A stretch of DNA of 64,000 nucleotides from Haplodiscus bocki (GCA_965655095.1 OZ296655.1:27404001-27468000); one strand, 5' to 3'. Positions 35,850 to 49,449 are shown, counted from the first letter of the stretch. Notes: generated by a model from the letters alone, not told the origin. Made by a program: numbers and translations.

Positions 35850-38800
35850 GGTCGTGTAGTATGTCCTGGGTAACTTGATTTTCGCCTATATTGAAGTAAC
35901 TTCAAAGCAAATTTGGGACTCTATCCTCTAGATTTAAAAAAATCAGCTTCCAAACTATTGAGTGATAGTTTTGTAGCGACAATTGTTGAATTTGATGTCG
36001 ATCTGATTCATTTTCCGATATTTATTGCTCTGCAGGGGTAACCATTTTCGAGTGCTTTGCTTTAGAATTTCCGTGTAAAATGTCATTCCGCCTGCTTGCC
36101 AATCCCCTTTATTGATTATTTCTGCTTATAATCGGTCACAGGTGAATACAATTCAAGTTTCGGTCCTATTACTTTTTTAAATGTTACGGCAGCAAGCTCA
36201 ACTTTGACCTTCGAACTTGAGCATTTGCAGTTTAATTTTTTTTGCGATATGTGGTTTATCATCCTCGGGTTTTTTGGGAGAATTGAACCGATAACAAAGC
36301 TCCGGAATATTGGCCAGTCCTCGTAGAAATCAGCTGGTTCGATCTCATAAAACAACCAATCTGTATCAGAATAAAGAATATGACAAAAGAATTGCTTTTC
36401 CACAACTTCGTTGTGGAACTGGAATATATGATAAATTGCAATTTCCAGGAAGCATGCTCCAGCAATTGAGGGTTTATTCCGCACAATGTTTCCTGGCCGA
36501 GATGAAAATGCTGCTAGGTTTTTGTCAAAAATGTTGAGGTTACAAAAACGTTCTATATTGGTCTTCTGAAGCTCCTGCTCTCTGTTGAACGCAAGTGAAC
36601 ATTTTCATGCGTATCTTTCGCTCTCCAGCGTTATACCGATGCTTTAATTTTTCTCAAGCCTAAAACAACTTTCATCATTTTTTTGCGACTCTTTGACTGC
36701 CTGGAGCTTATTACGCGACGAATTCTTTCGATTGGCTTTACAAAAAGGACATAAAGTTCCGACGAAATGCAGTAAACTGTATGTTTTTTGTCAAAAACTT
36801 GAGATATCAGATACCTAACCTCACTCAACTTGCGTTCTCGTCAATTTTTACCAAGACTTTTGAGTGTCGCCCGCGGACATTTTTGGTTTTAATTTTTCTT
36901 GAAACGCTGTCAAAGGGAAGTCTCGAAAACTTCCATATGGAATATCACGATATCGCAAGTTCACTTCTACAACCTATTTGACCTCTGACTCGTTTGATGT
37001 CTGTATTATGGATAAAACCTAAAATTTTCAACTGTCTGAAAGCTTTTCAATGGAAGAGGAAAATTTTCCGAGATCCTTCCGTATAGACTATTTTCGTCCA
37101 ATAAAACCCGCACTGTGTCATCATCGCCACAATCAAAAATGGAAACATATCTGTTGCTCGCCCGCAACATTCTTTTGTCAAAAGCAGATGACAAAACATC
37201 AGGACCAACTTTTTCCAGCCTTTTCAGGGGCAAACTTTCCGTTACCGGGTAAATCAAAGCCTGACAATTTTTGACGAAAGCCTCAACGGATAAATGCGAA
37301 CAAATAAAGTAATGAGCGTTGTGGAGGCCGTAAGTAGTGTGGCCAAACTTCATCAAATCCTCCAAATCTTATGCTAGAAGCAGATTGTCTGCTTTCAGAT
37401 ACAAGCTGTGACGAGGTCCCAAATTTCGACAATTGAATAGCTCAATCATTTACTTATCATGCTCCCATTGTGTTTCCGTCACCGTGCTCTGACCACTGCA
37501 CAAAAAATTTATCCTTTCTCTCGTGTTTGCTGCTCCTATTTCTCATTTCTTTTCCAGAAACATCAAGAAAAAAACATTAATTTTGTATTTGGCGCAATTT
37601 TTCTTTGCTTTTTGTGTTGTAACTGTAAATACGAGACCAAACTGTCGAACTAATTTCTCGGCAAGTTCTGTTCCTGTTGATCATGTAAATAGGCTTCAAA
37701 GCAGTAGGGGTCGATGACGTGCAAGTAATCGGAAACTGCCTTTGTGATACCTTTTTACCGTGTTTTTTCATGGGCGCACCAAAGGATAGACTGATGTATT
37801 TTCCCCATGTTGATGAAATTTTTTCAACTTTGAAGTCTAGTTTAAACTAGTGGAAATAGGGCCTCCCGTGTTGCGTGTCATTGTTGGATATATTGTGGGC
37901 GATGACTGGACTGACAATTGCTGTTTCCTGCTTAAGCCAAACTCAGTAAGTGCACATCCTGGAAAAAAATCCAAGTAATAACAGTTACTAATTACCTCGT
38001 CTTCATTTGAGCCCGGTAGGAATCGCTGCTCACGAATCCTACATTTTTGAGTCGATTCCAGTTTTTCTGACCAGCCATTTCTGCTGTTATAACAACACGA
38101 TAGTTCTCTTTCGTTTCGTCTACTTCAGAAGCAATGGTTGGTTTTGCCTGTACAAATTTTACCCTACAATCTTGCGACCATTCCTCTTGCAGAAAAAACT
38201 AACTGTTCATTACCGTGCACACCTGCCGCGTTGCGAAACCACTAGGGCAGTGTATTTTTTTGAAAGTTAATTGTCCGTGTGCGTTAGCACAACCAGCCAT
38301 TGGCTGAAAGAGAGACTCACAGTCACGGTTATTATTTATGGGACCAATCCAAAGTGTTGCCAGACTTTTGAGTACGAGTTGAATTTTTTGAGGTTTTTAC
38401 CGTTTGAATAGAGCAGTTCTAAGGTCCAAACAAATCTCTCGATGACTATGTTTTGTGTTTTTAAGCAAACCTGAGAACAAATGACACACAACACTCCACT
38501 GGAAAATTTTGCTAAACTTTACTAACGCCCCAAGTCTATGGAGGTCAGTGATTAGAATAAAACAATACTGCTAGTCAAAGTCTACTAGCACTAAATACAC
38601 TCCGAGATCGTAGAATTCTCTACATTTACCAATTCCCCATCCACAAAAAATGCACAACTTTCCATTTCTGTTTCGTGCTTTCCGATTAAGTGCTAAATTA
38701 TCAGTTTCACCTAAAATGTTAATTCGTCGCAAGTTGCGCGTTCCATTAGTATACAGACTGGAGAAACTTTGTGGACATGTAATTGTTTGTTATGCAAAAT

Positions 38801-39100
38801 TAATAATGAGCAATATTCTTTGTCACAAAAATCCCAAGTTGTCTTTTTGATTGACTGTAGATTTAGTTTGGACTGATTGGAATTACAAAATCCGTTTTCC
38901 AAGGGATAGAAAGTCCCTAATGCTCAAAGTATATCAGTTTTGCAGTTTTCTGCATTAAATTTTTTTGACTTGACTGTAGCAGTTCGCCTGAACCTTTTGT
39001 TTGTTGAGCGTAAGTTTTTGAATTTCATGAGAAGTCAGTTAAAACAGGTTGCTGTTTGCACGAATTTTTTCAGCTTTTGGAGACAGCATTAGAGTGAGAC
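35850..39100 (-). pseudogene. polB: Protein-primed family B DNA polymerase (Maverick 1)
   Basis: PVIAHNISNND (exo II), LYLKADNLLLA (exo III), YGLHNAHY...LLDENSLYG...PLP (motif A), DFPLTA, NKPSIAGACFLEIA...FH...LYSDTDWLFYEI (motif C). Confidence 0.92.
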
Positions 39101-39669
39101 AAAAGAAAACCTCTGTTTCACTGAACGCGCAATCTCTCGCCAGATTTGTTCATGTTGTAAAACCTTGAGGTGTTATGTCATTAAACGGTATTACCTGTCT
39201 CAGTCATCCCAAGTATCACTTTCTTTCAATCCTAACTATCAAACGTCTAAAGTCTTCTTACTCGTAAAAGTATTGTCAACTGAAGCCTTCAAAAAAGTCA
39301 AATTGTACCTTCTTGATTTGTTCGCTTGCACTGCACTTCCACTGAAGCCCGCTCTAAGACCATAATTGTTCGTAACACCTTCTGCTTTATCAAAATCAAA
39401 CATCCAAGAACAGTGCTCTGGCCTTAAGAAGCTGCACCAGAAGCATGAAAAGAAATGAAGACGGATCGAAGATTGAACGCTTTTACGTTGACCACAGTCC
39501 AATTTTGTTTGGACTCTGAAAAGACTGTTTTGATTTTCCGTTTTTCCTTTTGTATACTTCATACTACACTCTCGTTTTCTGTTCCTGAAATAAAGTCCAC
39601 AGGCGGCTCTTTGATATTTTTGAAATGTTGATGATCAGATAGAAAAACAGCGAAAACTTTTAGCGATGT

Positions 39670-40100
39670 AAAATGGGACAAAAAGTGGCAATTTTTTTCC
39701 CACTGGTGTATGGTGAAGAAGGATAGTATGCTGTGAATAGAAAAAAAGCAATCAAAATACAATAGAACCCGTTTAAATGCGATGAAGACTTTTGCAAAAT
39801 TCTTTCATCATTTGAGTTATTCTAAAACTAGCAAATGCAAAACGTTCGCAACCGCAGTTGTTTAACTTCACTGGTAACCCAAGTACGCCAACGAACACTT
39901 TTTTTGCTTTGGCTGGACCGAAGTAACCAATGGATTCTTTGTTGGTCTGTTTTGTCTGATATGGTAGTATCAAAAGTGGTAGGACCAAAAGCTAAGTGAA
40001 AATTGCTCGCTGTTTACACTACAAGAAACTTGTACAACAAGAAAAAATACCGTTTGCATTTTTCAGTCCTCTCTATCAAATCCAATACGTCAATCGTTTC
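39670..40100 (-). pseudogene. Adenovirus-type cysteine protease (Maverick 1)
   Basis: LQKSSSHLNGFYCILIA corresponds to the Q...CGxYC motif (~39745-39795); upstream is GYFGP (YFDS-like). Confidence 0.6.
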
Positions 40101-40119
40101 CGCGGAAAAAAAATCTGCT

Positions 40120-41520
40120 TTGGAAAAAAGTTTTTTTGAACCTACTTGAGTGGAAGGATCAAAAACAAATCAGGTGTTTTCCTCGGGAACAACAGTTCTG
40201 TTTTGATGGTCAGAGCGTTCCAGATACAAAAATTGAAAAAAAACTGGAGCAATTGCAACCAAAGGAAGTACGTAATCGTGTGATGTCTGCTGAGTACTGT
40301 TTTTGCTAAATACCCTGAAAAAGTGTTTGGAATTGTCGAGACGAGGAACGCCACGACCACGATGTCCATATGCGAGAGCTTCCAAGAAAATCAATCAGTT
40401 TTGTTTTAATGTATCAGTTGTCAACGTTTTAGCATCAAAATATTTATCCGTTACGGTAGACAGTTGTACTGTTTAAGTCACGCTTTTGGTAATGAAATGG
40501 AGTTGGCTCGATTAACAGAAAAGAATCTAGCGAGAAATGTTAGTCCTTCAGCAAATTTTCTTGTAGGATTTCTACTGAAAACATCTTTTTGATCTCAGCT
40601 CTGTATGTTTGTAGAAACTAGGAATGAAATTGGCATAGTTTCGTCGTAACGGTGCAAAGATGGCATCTTGGTTAGTGTAATTTGAAAAGCAGGATAAATT
40701 TTGTGTAGAACAGTCACTTGACAAACCCTACCTTTTTCTTTAGGTATATCTTAGTCAATTTCCTTTTGTTGCACCGTCATGAACAAAGGAAAACGATCCG
40801 CAAAGTAAGTCAGCTCAATTATGTTTTTTTGCAACAGAAAAAAACTGCTGTAACATTTCCAATGAAAGAAAGCACCGATGANNNNNNNNNNNNNNNNNNN
40901 NNNNNNNNNNNNNNNNNNNNNNNNNNNNNNNNNNNNNNNNNNNNNNNNNNNNNNNNNNNNNNNNNNNNNNNNNNNNNNNNNNNNNNNNNNNNNNNNNNNN
41001 NNNNNNNNNNNNNNNNNNNNNNNNNNNNNNNNNNNNNNNNNNTTTCGGTTCAGTTTGTAGCTGTTTTTCTAATCAAATGTCCTTTGTCTCCAATTTGTGG
41101 GAAACATTTGTTCCAAAAAAAGCGTTTTGTGCTCAGATTTTGTTAACAGCTGAAACTTTTATCACATTTGCTGCATTGCTGAATTTACAAAAACCAAAGA
41201 ATGGGCAGTGTTCTTCAGAAATTGTTGCAAAGCGCTAATTGCAACAATTGTAGAGTGGTAAACCAAATATGTTGCATCTGGTTTGTTAAAATCACAATTG
41301 ATTTCCAGATGATTATTTTGTTGATTGATAAAGTTGTACGATCACCTGGAGCTTTAAAATTCACCGATGATCCATTTGGAGCCCAAACTGGGCCATGTTG
41401 TTGTTCAAATGATGTATCAATTGTGATGGGTTTATGTAGCTGTTCGAAGTTGTTGAGTGAACTGCGAGATGTTTCAACATGTAAAACGTTAAGCAACAGT
41501 TTCAGCTCTTGAAACAAAAT
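40120..41520 (-). pseudogene. Major capsid protein (double jelly-roll), spans the assembly gap
   Basis: N-terminal DTSFEQQHGPVWAPNGSSVNFKAPGDR; DAIFAP; C-terminal LEALAYGHRGRGVP...KHFFRVFSKNSTQQTSHDYVLP (decayed VFDLT-type motif). The ~1.4-kb span fits an MCP. Confidence 0.7.
40882..41042. other. Assembly gap (161 N)
   Basis: Run of N bases. Confidence 1.
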
Positions 41521-41559
41521 CTGAACGACCTCTAATCAACAAGTTTTTGCGTTTTAAGA

Positions 41560-41850
41560 CTTTGCATTTCCCTTCTCCTGATCCAACCAGCGGTTCCTTC
41601 ACTGTTTTTATTTTGATGATTTAGCAGTGTCTTTGGTGGACGTTTTTTGGAACGATTTCAATTAAACCTGGTACTCTCTTGGCAAACAAATCTCTCACAA
41701 TGTTTTGACTGCGCGTAGATGTTTTTCAAGCTAATGTTATAGCTAGCGCACCAACACTTGCTGCTTGTGATCCCAGGACCTTTACCTCTTTGTGTCCAGT
41801 GACCTATGAATTGATGCATATTGGCTTGTTTTGGACAGTACTGCTCCAAC
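41560..41850 (-). pseudogene. Small basic Gly-motif (QRGxG) core-like Polinton protein
   Basis: QANMHQFIGHWTQRGKGPG; homologous in position and sequence to 58380-58715. Confidence 0.55.
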
Positions 41851-41864
41851 TTTTGATTTCTTGG

Positions 41865-42680
41865 AAAATCATTGTCACTGCGACTCTTTCGGTACCAACA
41901 AAAGGTACTTCGCGACTAATAAAAATAAAAATTCCGTTTCGAGTGTCTTTATTGGAGTTACTGTTGAGTTTTTAAAATGATTTTTGGAAACATTTTGATG
42001 ACTTTTAATGGAGTATTTTTTGAGCTGCCATTCGACAGTCTACTTTGACTATCAATGATTGCCATCAGCTGTGATTGGACATCTACGACATATTGTTGCT
42101 GAATGACATTTGTGGTTGCAAAGAAAAAGTTTGTCACAGGAGAAAAATTTGGAGGAGAATCTTTAAAGTTCAGTTGTTTCTCCTTGCCATATTTTCTGAG
42201 CTCACCTAAAAAGACCTCTTTTTGTCTTTGTCTGGCTCACGCTCAACAATCATGACATTTAGAAAACAGCGGTTATAATTTATAACATCAGAAATTTTTT
42301 TGATTACAAGAGATACTTGACATTTGTAACTGATTTGACACAAATCGAAGGGCTTGTTGAAACACTTCACCTCCCTAATCCTTTCAAGATAATTTTTTTC
42401 AATTGTTTGTGGTCAGCAGATGGGAGTTCCCAGTTTCCGCACGGGACTTGAATTCCACCGGTTTTTGGTTACGAAAACGCGTTCATTGGTACATTTTGAA
42501 TGTAGATGAAAATGCCGTTTGTTGTGAAGTTTTTGAAGGCTGATAGGAAACACAATTTCAACCAAAGCTACACGCCTTTCACTTTTTAGTTGAACTAAAA
42601 AAGCAAACAGACTGAGATAGACACGCATTGCGTTTTCGGGTTCACACTTTTGAACTCGTATGCTCGAGGTAAATGACGAA
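41865..42680 (-). pseudogene. Minor capsid (penton) protein (Maverick 1)
   Basis: N-terminal PENAM...RVALVEIVFP (WxVALxEI motif), QQYVVDVQSQL (QxVGD motif), and C-terminal VPFVGTERVAVTMIF. Confidence 0.8.
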
Positions 42681-42684
42681 TTAG

Positions 42685-43585
42685 TTCTTTTACTCTGGTT
42701 AAATCCCGCCGCAAAAAATTTTCAATGTTTCTCGCTGCTTTTTCGTCTTTCGAAAGTGACCTTGGTTGACTGATTGTGGCAACTTTGGTTACCGCAAATA
42801 AATAGTCTTTGAAACTTTGTCTCTAGCCTTTTTTGAATTTCAAATATTCTTTGGCTGATTGATATCTCTTACCAATTGGGGATCTTGGTTTGCAAAGAAA
42901 CATAGTAGACAGTTCTGCGGCTAAAGAAACAATTTGTTGCACTTCTCAGTTTGTATTTTTTTCCAACCATATATGAATAATACGGTTAGCTCAAGAATTG
43001 ACTGTTCTGACACTTTATTGCAGTTTGTTAATGAAATGGTAGGTCTTTTTGTTTTGCCATTGTTTTTGTTTAGTGGTTTTCGGTGAGTAGATCGATCATT
43101 CGACAACTGCAGAGGTTGTTGCACTTGCAGTCGCGTAAGTGTTTTTTGTTTTCGTGTCACACATAGTTTTGAAAGCTCCTTTGAAATATGTTACCTTTTT
43201 GGGATCAAAACTTTCGCACCTGAAATTGTTCAGTTTTCCCTTCAAATGCACTTGCTGGGCCATGGCCACGTTTTGTTCCCATTGGTACTAATTGCAGACA
43301 AACCGACAGCACGGCGGCTGCATCAAGTGATTTTTTTGTCCCCGTAAAAAGACTTCGCGAATTTGTCAGTTTAGGCCATGTCTTTTGAGCAAGTCTTGTT
43401 TTTGTCGTAGGCAATAACATTTAATAGCTGAAACTTTGGTATAAACTGTCTGTAGTCTGGGTGTTCAATTGTTGCGAGGGGAAAGGTATCAACGTTTCAA
43501 CTTGAAGCTTTGCTAGCGGTTTGCAGTTTCCGCAAACTGCCATATGTCCTGGGACCGCGTAAGTAAATGTTTTCATTCCTTCAGG
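42685..43585 (-). pseudogene. Retroviral-type (c-integrase) DDE integrase (Maverick 1)
   Basis: YLRGPRTYGS, FQLLNVIAYDKNKTCSKDMA, FKGAFKTMC...SAVVE, KPRSPIG...FKKG*RQSF. Confidence 0.85.
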
Positions 43586-44730
43586 TTTCGAGGGCCTCCC
43601 ACATATCCGAAGCTCCTTCTTTGTTTCAAGAAGTCAGGCGAAGCTGCTGCTCATCATCTGTACAATTCATGGGTACAGGTTTCACTGTTTGTGTTTTGGT
43701 AGAAACAAAACTAATAACTGGGCACATTTTCTTTGCACAATCTGCTTGGCCTACCTAATTGGACTAGTTATCTTAGAAACATCGAGTTTCTCCAAAAGTT
43801 GATTTTGGTTGCGTTCGTTCAACTGTTTCCTGTTTTCGTTCCAGTTGGAAAAAAGTGTTGCTATTTCATTTGACGTGGCACAGTCACCAATTGTCAGTAC
43901 ATTTTCTTTCTGACTTCAACTTCTTGCCTTTTGCTGATGCTTTTTCAGTATCGGTTTCACTTCTCGAGTTGATGTGGTTGAAGCCATGACAGTTGACGCA
44001 AAGCCCTTGACTGCACTCTTCTTGGAACCGTTGCTGTTTTATTTTTGCCTGTTTCTGTTTTCGCATTTTTTTTCACAATGTTCTTCATATGCAAGTTGTC
44101 ATCGTTCGAAAAGGGTTAGATAAAGCGATTTTTGCGTTAACATGCGATTGACTACCAATTCTGATGTTTTTGGTTGTTCTTCAGCAAAACTGTATTGGGT
44201 ACCGAATCAAAGTCTTTTGCACTCACTGTGATAAAAAGCAAATTCAGAGACGACTGAAACCCTGGAGTAATTTAATGCCTTTACTGACAAAAAACAAGCT
44301 TTCTTTGCTTAACTGATGTCGTAGTTGACCCTGAGATGCCGAATTTCTACTCGCAAGGTGTCAATGCGTCTGTTCTGAATAGCATAAAACCACTGTTTGT
44401 TTCGAGTGTACATCCATATTGGAAGCTAATGTCATTGTTGCTACAATTCTTTACACTCCGTTGATACTTGTTTCTTTTCTCGTGGTCTTGCCATCACTTG
44501 AGTATATGCCGTTCCCTTCTGATCCTTCTCATAAAAGTTTTTTTTTGCTAGCAAAGATGGAAATTGAACAAGACGTCCGACTAGCACTAATATTATTTTG
44601 CCCAACTACAAAAACTTGGATCAGTTCTTGCAACTTGTTAGAAACGAGACTTCTGTTTTTAATCTAGTTGCCAAAGGTTTTATAGAAACCTCTTTTCCAA
44701 CACTGATCCCTTTTTTCAAATCCAAATTTA

Positions 44731-45416
44731 TCACGATTTCCCGTTGCAAACTTTTCGTCTCACAGTGCCGAAGACATCGCAGGGGAACACTTCTGTTTTT
44801 CCGCAAAAATCTGACAACGAAATCTTTTTGCATGAAACGGAATATCACGAACTTTCCCCGAAATTTTTTTCTCTCACACTGCTGATAGTTTTCGTAGAGG
44901 TACCTTTCTGTTTTCCAAGGAAATTGTGGTATCGGAAATTTTGATGCATAGGAGATTATGACTCTTTTCTGTCAATTTTTACTGAAGTACGGAAAAAGTT
45001 CGTAGGAGAACCCGTGTGTGATCCGGAAAAATTCTGCTTTCGGAACCCTTCATGCGTAGAAAAGGGTGGGGAATCTCAGTTTTCTGTCGACATTTTTTTG
45101 ACTCAGAGTACGGGAAACTTTTTGGAGGAAGCCATCTGTTTTTCAGAAAACATCAAATGTTGATGTTTTTAATAGGAGACCACAGATTTTTGTCGACATT
45201 TTTTGTCTCATAGTGCCAACACACTTCTTATGGAAATCTTTATGTGTGTCACAAAGTTCTCATTTGCGAAAACTTCACTGGATAAGGGTGGGAGTTATCA
45301 CCTTCTTCCTTCAAACGTTTTTCGTTTCGCGGTACGGAAACATTTCTTTTAGGAACCCTTCTGAAGAAAACGTCTTTTATCTAAATATTTGATGGAGAGA
45401 AAGGAGTTTATCACAA
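44731..45416 (+). repeat. Degenerate tandem array, ~6 units of ~105-120 bp
   Basis: Recurring tcacg...tttt(g)tctcacagtgcc...gtagg(a/g)gaaccc..tg; units start near 44731, 44845, 44956, 45074, 45180 and 45298. Confidence 0.8.
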
Positions 45417-46562
45417 ATTTAGAGCTTAGAGCGTAATATTGAAGACAAAAATGTTGGTAATGCCTGGAAGTCGAACCCTGCTTAGCGCCTCAGAACCCTT
45501 TTGTGCGACCCGATGATTCATAAGAACAGTTGGAAACTTTTGCAGAAGTCGAAGTAATCAAAGGATTTACGGACAGAGGTTGGAACCCGGACCTATTTCT
45601 TGAGAAATTTCTCCACTCAAATCGCTGCTGTTAATTCGTTTGAAGAAACATTTAGCGAAAAAATTATGATATAGAAGAAACAGGACTCTATTATAGTAAA
45701 AGAACAATTTTTCTCGCTGACTTACGAAGACAGAGAAAAGAAATTAATTAGATGTGGTCTCTTTTTCTGAACGCTAACTAGAAGAGTAGTCTTTTTCCGG
45801 ATCGAAGTCTATGGCAAAAAGACGAAAAGTTGTGACTTTTTGTAACAATTTCCAATAAACTCTGTTTTGATTAGGTGGCGTCCAAAGTGATAAATCTTTT
45901 GGACATCGCGTGCTAATTCCAACCACATTAGTTGAGCTGCCTTTAGCTTAATGATTCGCGACCATTTGATTCGGTGGAACAATTTTTTTTCGACAAAAAC
46001 GAAGTGAATTTTCTGTGAGGACCGGCAACTGCATTTCTGACAAAATATTTCACTCTACAATTTTCTTCGCAAGGATTATCAAAAATAAAACAGACGGTTG
46101 ATATTTTTCCATTTTTTTCTGAAAATCTCAGCAGCGGAAGTTTTTGAGGTGCGGCTTTTTGTCATTTCTGTGAAGAAGCGTCATCGATACTTGTTGTTAT
46201 AGTAATAGGTTTTGAATTTCGGTGCCTGTAAAGTTGAAGGGAAGGCAAGCATTGCATAAATGAGACGCCTCGTCCAAACCCAATCGAACCTGCCAAAGAT
46301 ATAAGTAGCTTGTCTCTTGTGAGATTTTTTTGATAATATTGGCTCTAGATATATGCGTTCAACTTTGATATTCAAAAACCAAAACAATGCAGTTTGCTCG
46401 CCATATGGCAATGGATCTAAAGTGATTTTCATTTAAAAAGCAACCAAATATACTGAAACGAATGCGGTTCGCGTGGAAAACAACGCTAATGATCGTGGCA
46501 CTGTGTCTAGACTGCAGAACTACACGAAAATTTCTCGCTCACGTTGTTGTCAAGAACTACTT

Positions 46563-46640
46563 CTATAGCTTGAACAACGTCTATAACTTGAATAACGTCT
46601 ATAGCTTGAACAACATCTACAACTTGATCGAGGTCTACAA
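46563..46640 (+). repeat. 18-bp minisatellite x4.3 (CTATAGCTTGAACAACGT)
   Basis: Units at 46563, 46581, 46599 and 46617. Confidence 0.9.
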
Positions 46641-48919
46641 AGTCAATTATGTCTTTCGCCGGCGCTTTCAAAAATGAATGCAATTGAAAAAGTTGCCAAA
46701 ACCTCTTTCAAAACACAGCTTGAATATGATTCTGTTACTGGAGTAAAACACAAGTATACAATTAATGCAGCAACTGATTTTAGTTTTTCTGTACGCTTAA
46801 ACCGTTTTATTTGACTTTTCTGGGGTATAATACCTAATTTCTTGAAATTGTTGTCTGTGAACCAACTGAAACAAGACCCCTGCAACTCGTTCTGTCCTCA
46901 ATCACGTCAAGATGTACCGGAGAAAATTGTTTCTGGTGTGGTCTCCAGAAGTGCTGCTTTCGGTCATTATGTCCTGGAGGCGCTTGTTTAACTTTTTTGC
47001 TGTATACAAAATGAACGATATCATCTTTTGAATTGAAGCTGGCTTCCAAAAACGAACGTTCATGTAAGATCGACTGATTTACGGTTCATTTTAAAAACTT
47101 TTGAGATCCCACGAATAGACATGTTTAACGAGTCTGACCAGAAACTCGTTGCTCAATGGTTGTACCAGTAGTGTCAAAATAAAGAGTTTTAAGCTCGCGA
47201 ATAGCGTTACTCCGGAAAGGCCTCTGTTGTTTGTTTCTTTAGCATTTGAATCTTTATAAGGATTTTGATAAAAACTGAACATCGAGTCGTAGGAAGAGTT
47301 AAAGTTTCAACGAATACAGTTATCACACCTGTGACACGAGTGATGATTGACTGAACTTTTCGTGGCTCATAGTTTGATATGTGACGTTTTGATACACCCA
47401 TGACTGGCCGAATCTATAACAAAGGGAAAACGTTTGGGTTACAAGCTCACTTGTCTTTGCTTATAGCGTATTCTGGAGTAGTGAAGAAATGAACTATGAG
47501 GAAGATGGAGGAACTTACCAAGTAACCATAGTGGTATGTGCCAGCTTTCCGCGAGATGCCGCCTGGACTTCCGCCAAACAATAGTAGTTTTTTTTCATCA
47601 GCAAATTAACTAAATTTTTTGGTAGTCGGAACAAAATATTGACCTTGTGGTGGTGTCAGCAGACACAAATATCTTCGACAGTGACAGATTGTTTCTCGCC
47701 GAAAACCCTACAAATTGAGAATTAGGAGGTCAGATACGACGGAAACAATTTTAGTTTAAGGTTTTTTTTTCTTTTCTGCTGAGTGAGTGTTTTTCCTCTG
47801 AGAGTTTTTAATCAAAATAACTTGATGCATTTGAGAAAACTTCGATCTGCGAATAGGTCCATTCAGTTTTAGTAAGTTATTTGTTTGAAGAACTGTAAAT
47901 GGCCCTAACTCAAGGAATGCATCTTTAAGTTCGAAGTTGAATGAATGTGAAATCAGATATCTAGGTACAATTAAGAGGACAATCTTTTGTGGTGGATTGT
48001 TTTTATCAAAGTAAAGGCAGTGAGCAATCTTTTTCTGTTCCAGGTTACCCTTTGACACAGCTGAAATGAATTCAATTCTAGTTTCCTTGTATTCCAGGGT
48101 CGGTCCCGAACAGGCACGGACATTCCAACTGGTTCTGAAATGAGGATGATGAACGGATTCAGCAACCAAGTGCATCTGAATTCTCCGGAAAGCGTGCTTG
48201 ATTTGCCATGCAAGTTGAAAACCGCAACGAATTAGCGGATGTCAGTATTCAGTATTTCCTAAAGCTCTTTCTTTTACAAATTCGTTGTGCCGAGCAACTT
48301 TTCGAGTAGACTCGTCAACAAGTGTAGCTTTTTAACTAAGAAGTACACGTTGGATTTTCGTAAGCAGGCATTTTATATTGAATTTTTTCCCCTTATATTG
48401 AAGCAATCAAGTTCTCTCAAATTGGTAATTTGAGATAAAGCTGTATCATTGCCTCAGACGTTTTTCTAAGGTCTTCGCTGTAATTTTGCCAAATAGGTGG
48501 TTAATTTTTTCCAATTTTCGCAAATGTTTCTCGTAACTTTCGATATAGAAATGGAAAGCTATCTCAATGGTACCACATGTACTTATAGTATCTTTTTCTT
48601 TCGTATACTCTTCCGAAAATACTTCCTTCGGCGTCTGAGGAACAGAAGCCGATTCCTGTGTTCAAACAACAAATTTTGAATTTTTCTGAACAACTAACGC
48701 CCCTAAATTTCGAGTATGCACTGGAATAACCGTTGGAAGATGTTTGGAGAAGATGTAATAACTATGGTCAGGAGGCATGAACAGAAAAAGCCACGGTGAA
48801 AATCAAACTACTTACCAAGAAGCTGCGAACTTTTACAAATTGTTATTTTGTCCTGGTAGCTCAAAAATTGACTTGGTATAAATGAAAAAACACCAATACC
48901 TTCAACGGCTAACTGTGAT

Positions 48920-49009
48920 GGTGCGGTGGCCTAGTGCATAGGACCTTCGCCCAATGGATTCGAACCCTCCGTCTATGCAGGTTCGATTCCTGGCTGGGCG
49001 AGTTTTTTG
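48920..49009 (+). ncRNA. tRNA-derived Pol III unit (SINE head or tRNA pseudogene)
   Basis: A box TGGCCTAGTG (48927), B box GGTTCGATTCC (48980) in a T-arm (CAGG-ttcgatt-CCTG), and a T7 terminator. No convincing acceptor stem or anticodon arm. Confidence 0.6.
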
Positions 49010-49449
49010 GTGTTAGAATTGATTTTTCAACTCCTTCCCCCCGTCAGTTCAGTGACGTCATTTTCATCCATACTACCAGATTTTGTGAAATAATTTAAAA
49101 TTTTGTCGATCAAATTTCAGTGATGAAAATAAACGGGTAGCCTCGAAAAAGATGTCTTTTTGAGTTTTTGCTCTTCGAATTTTATCCATAAGGTTTCTTG
49201 CTCTGCCTAGGAGACCGTGTACTGTCGATAGTCAATATTCTTGCACGTCATCAAGAGGAACGTGTTTGTCTTTGAACGTTTCGAAATTCCCAATATTTAA
49301 ATGCTCGTGACACTCCGGGATCCAATCGTTTCCACTTTTTTTTCAAACAAAGATTTTCTTTGATAGATTTATCTATGCTTGTATTTTGTAATTTTTTGTG
49401 GCGAACTTTCCATTTCGCTCTGCTTTTTGCTAATACTCTTCTCAAATCC

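Larger units (their letters stand above)
33930..44640 (-). mobile_element. Decayed Polinton/Maverick element 1
   Basis: Contiguous minus-strand relics of integrase, minor capsid, core-like ORF, major capsid, cysteine protease and pPolB. Outer boundaries are uncertain and no TIR pair was found. Confidence 0.88.

Noticed and set aside
40718-41146. ORFs containing X runs
   Set aside because: Artefacts of translating the N gap.
44731-46640. Tandem arrays as CRISPR
   Set aside because: The units are degenerate along their whole length with no identical repeat/unique spacer alternation, and no cas-like ORFs are present.
47756-48235. 139-aa minus ORF and a plus-strand exon-like stretch after ttccag
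   Set aside because: No recognisable domain, donor site or partner exons.
48920-49003. Functional tRNA-Leu(CAA)
   Set aside because: No 7-bp acceptor stem or regular anticodon arm can be formed.
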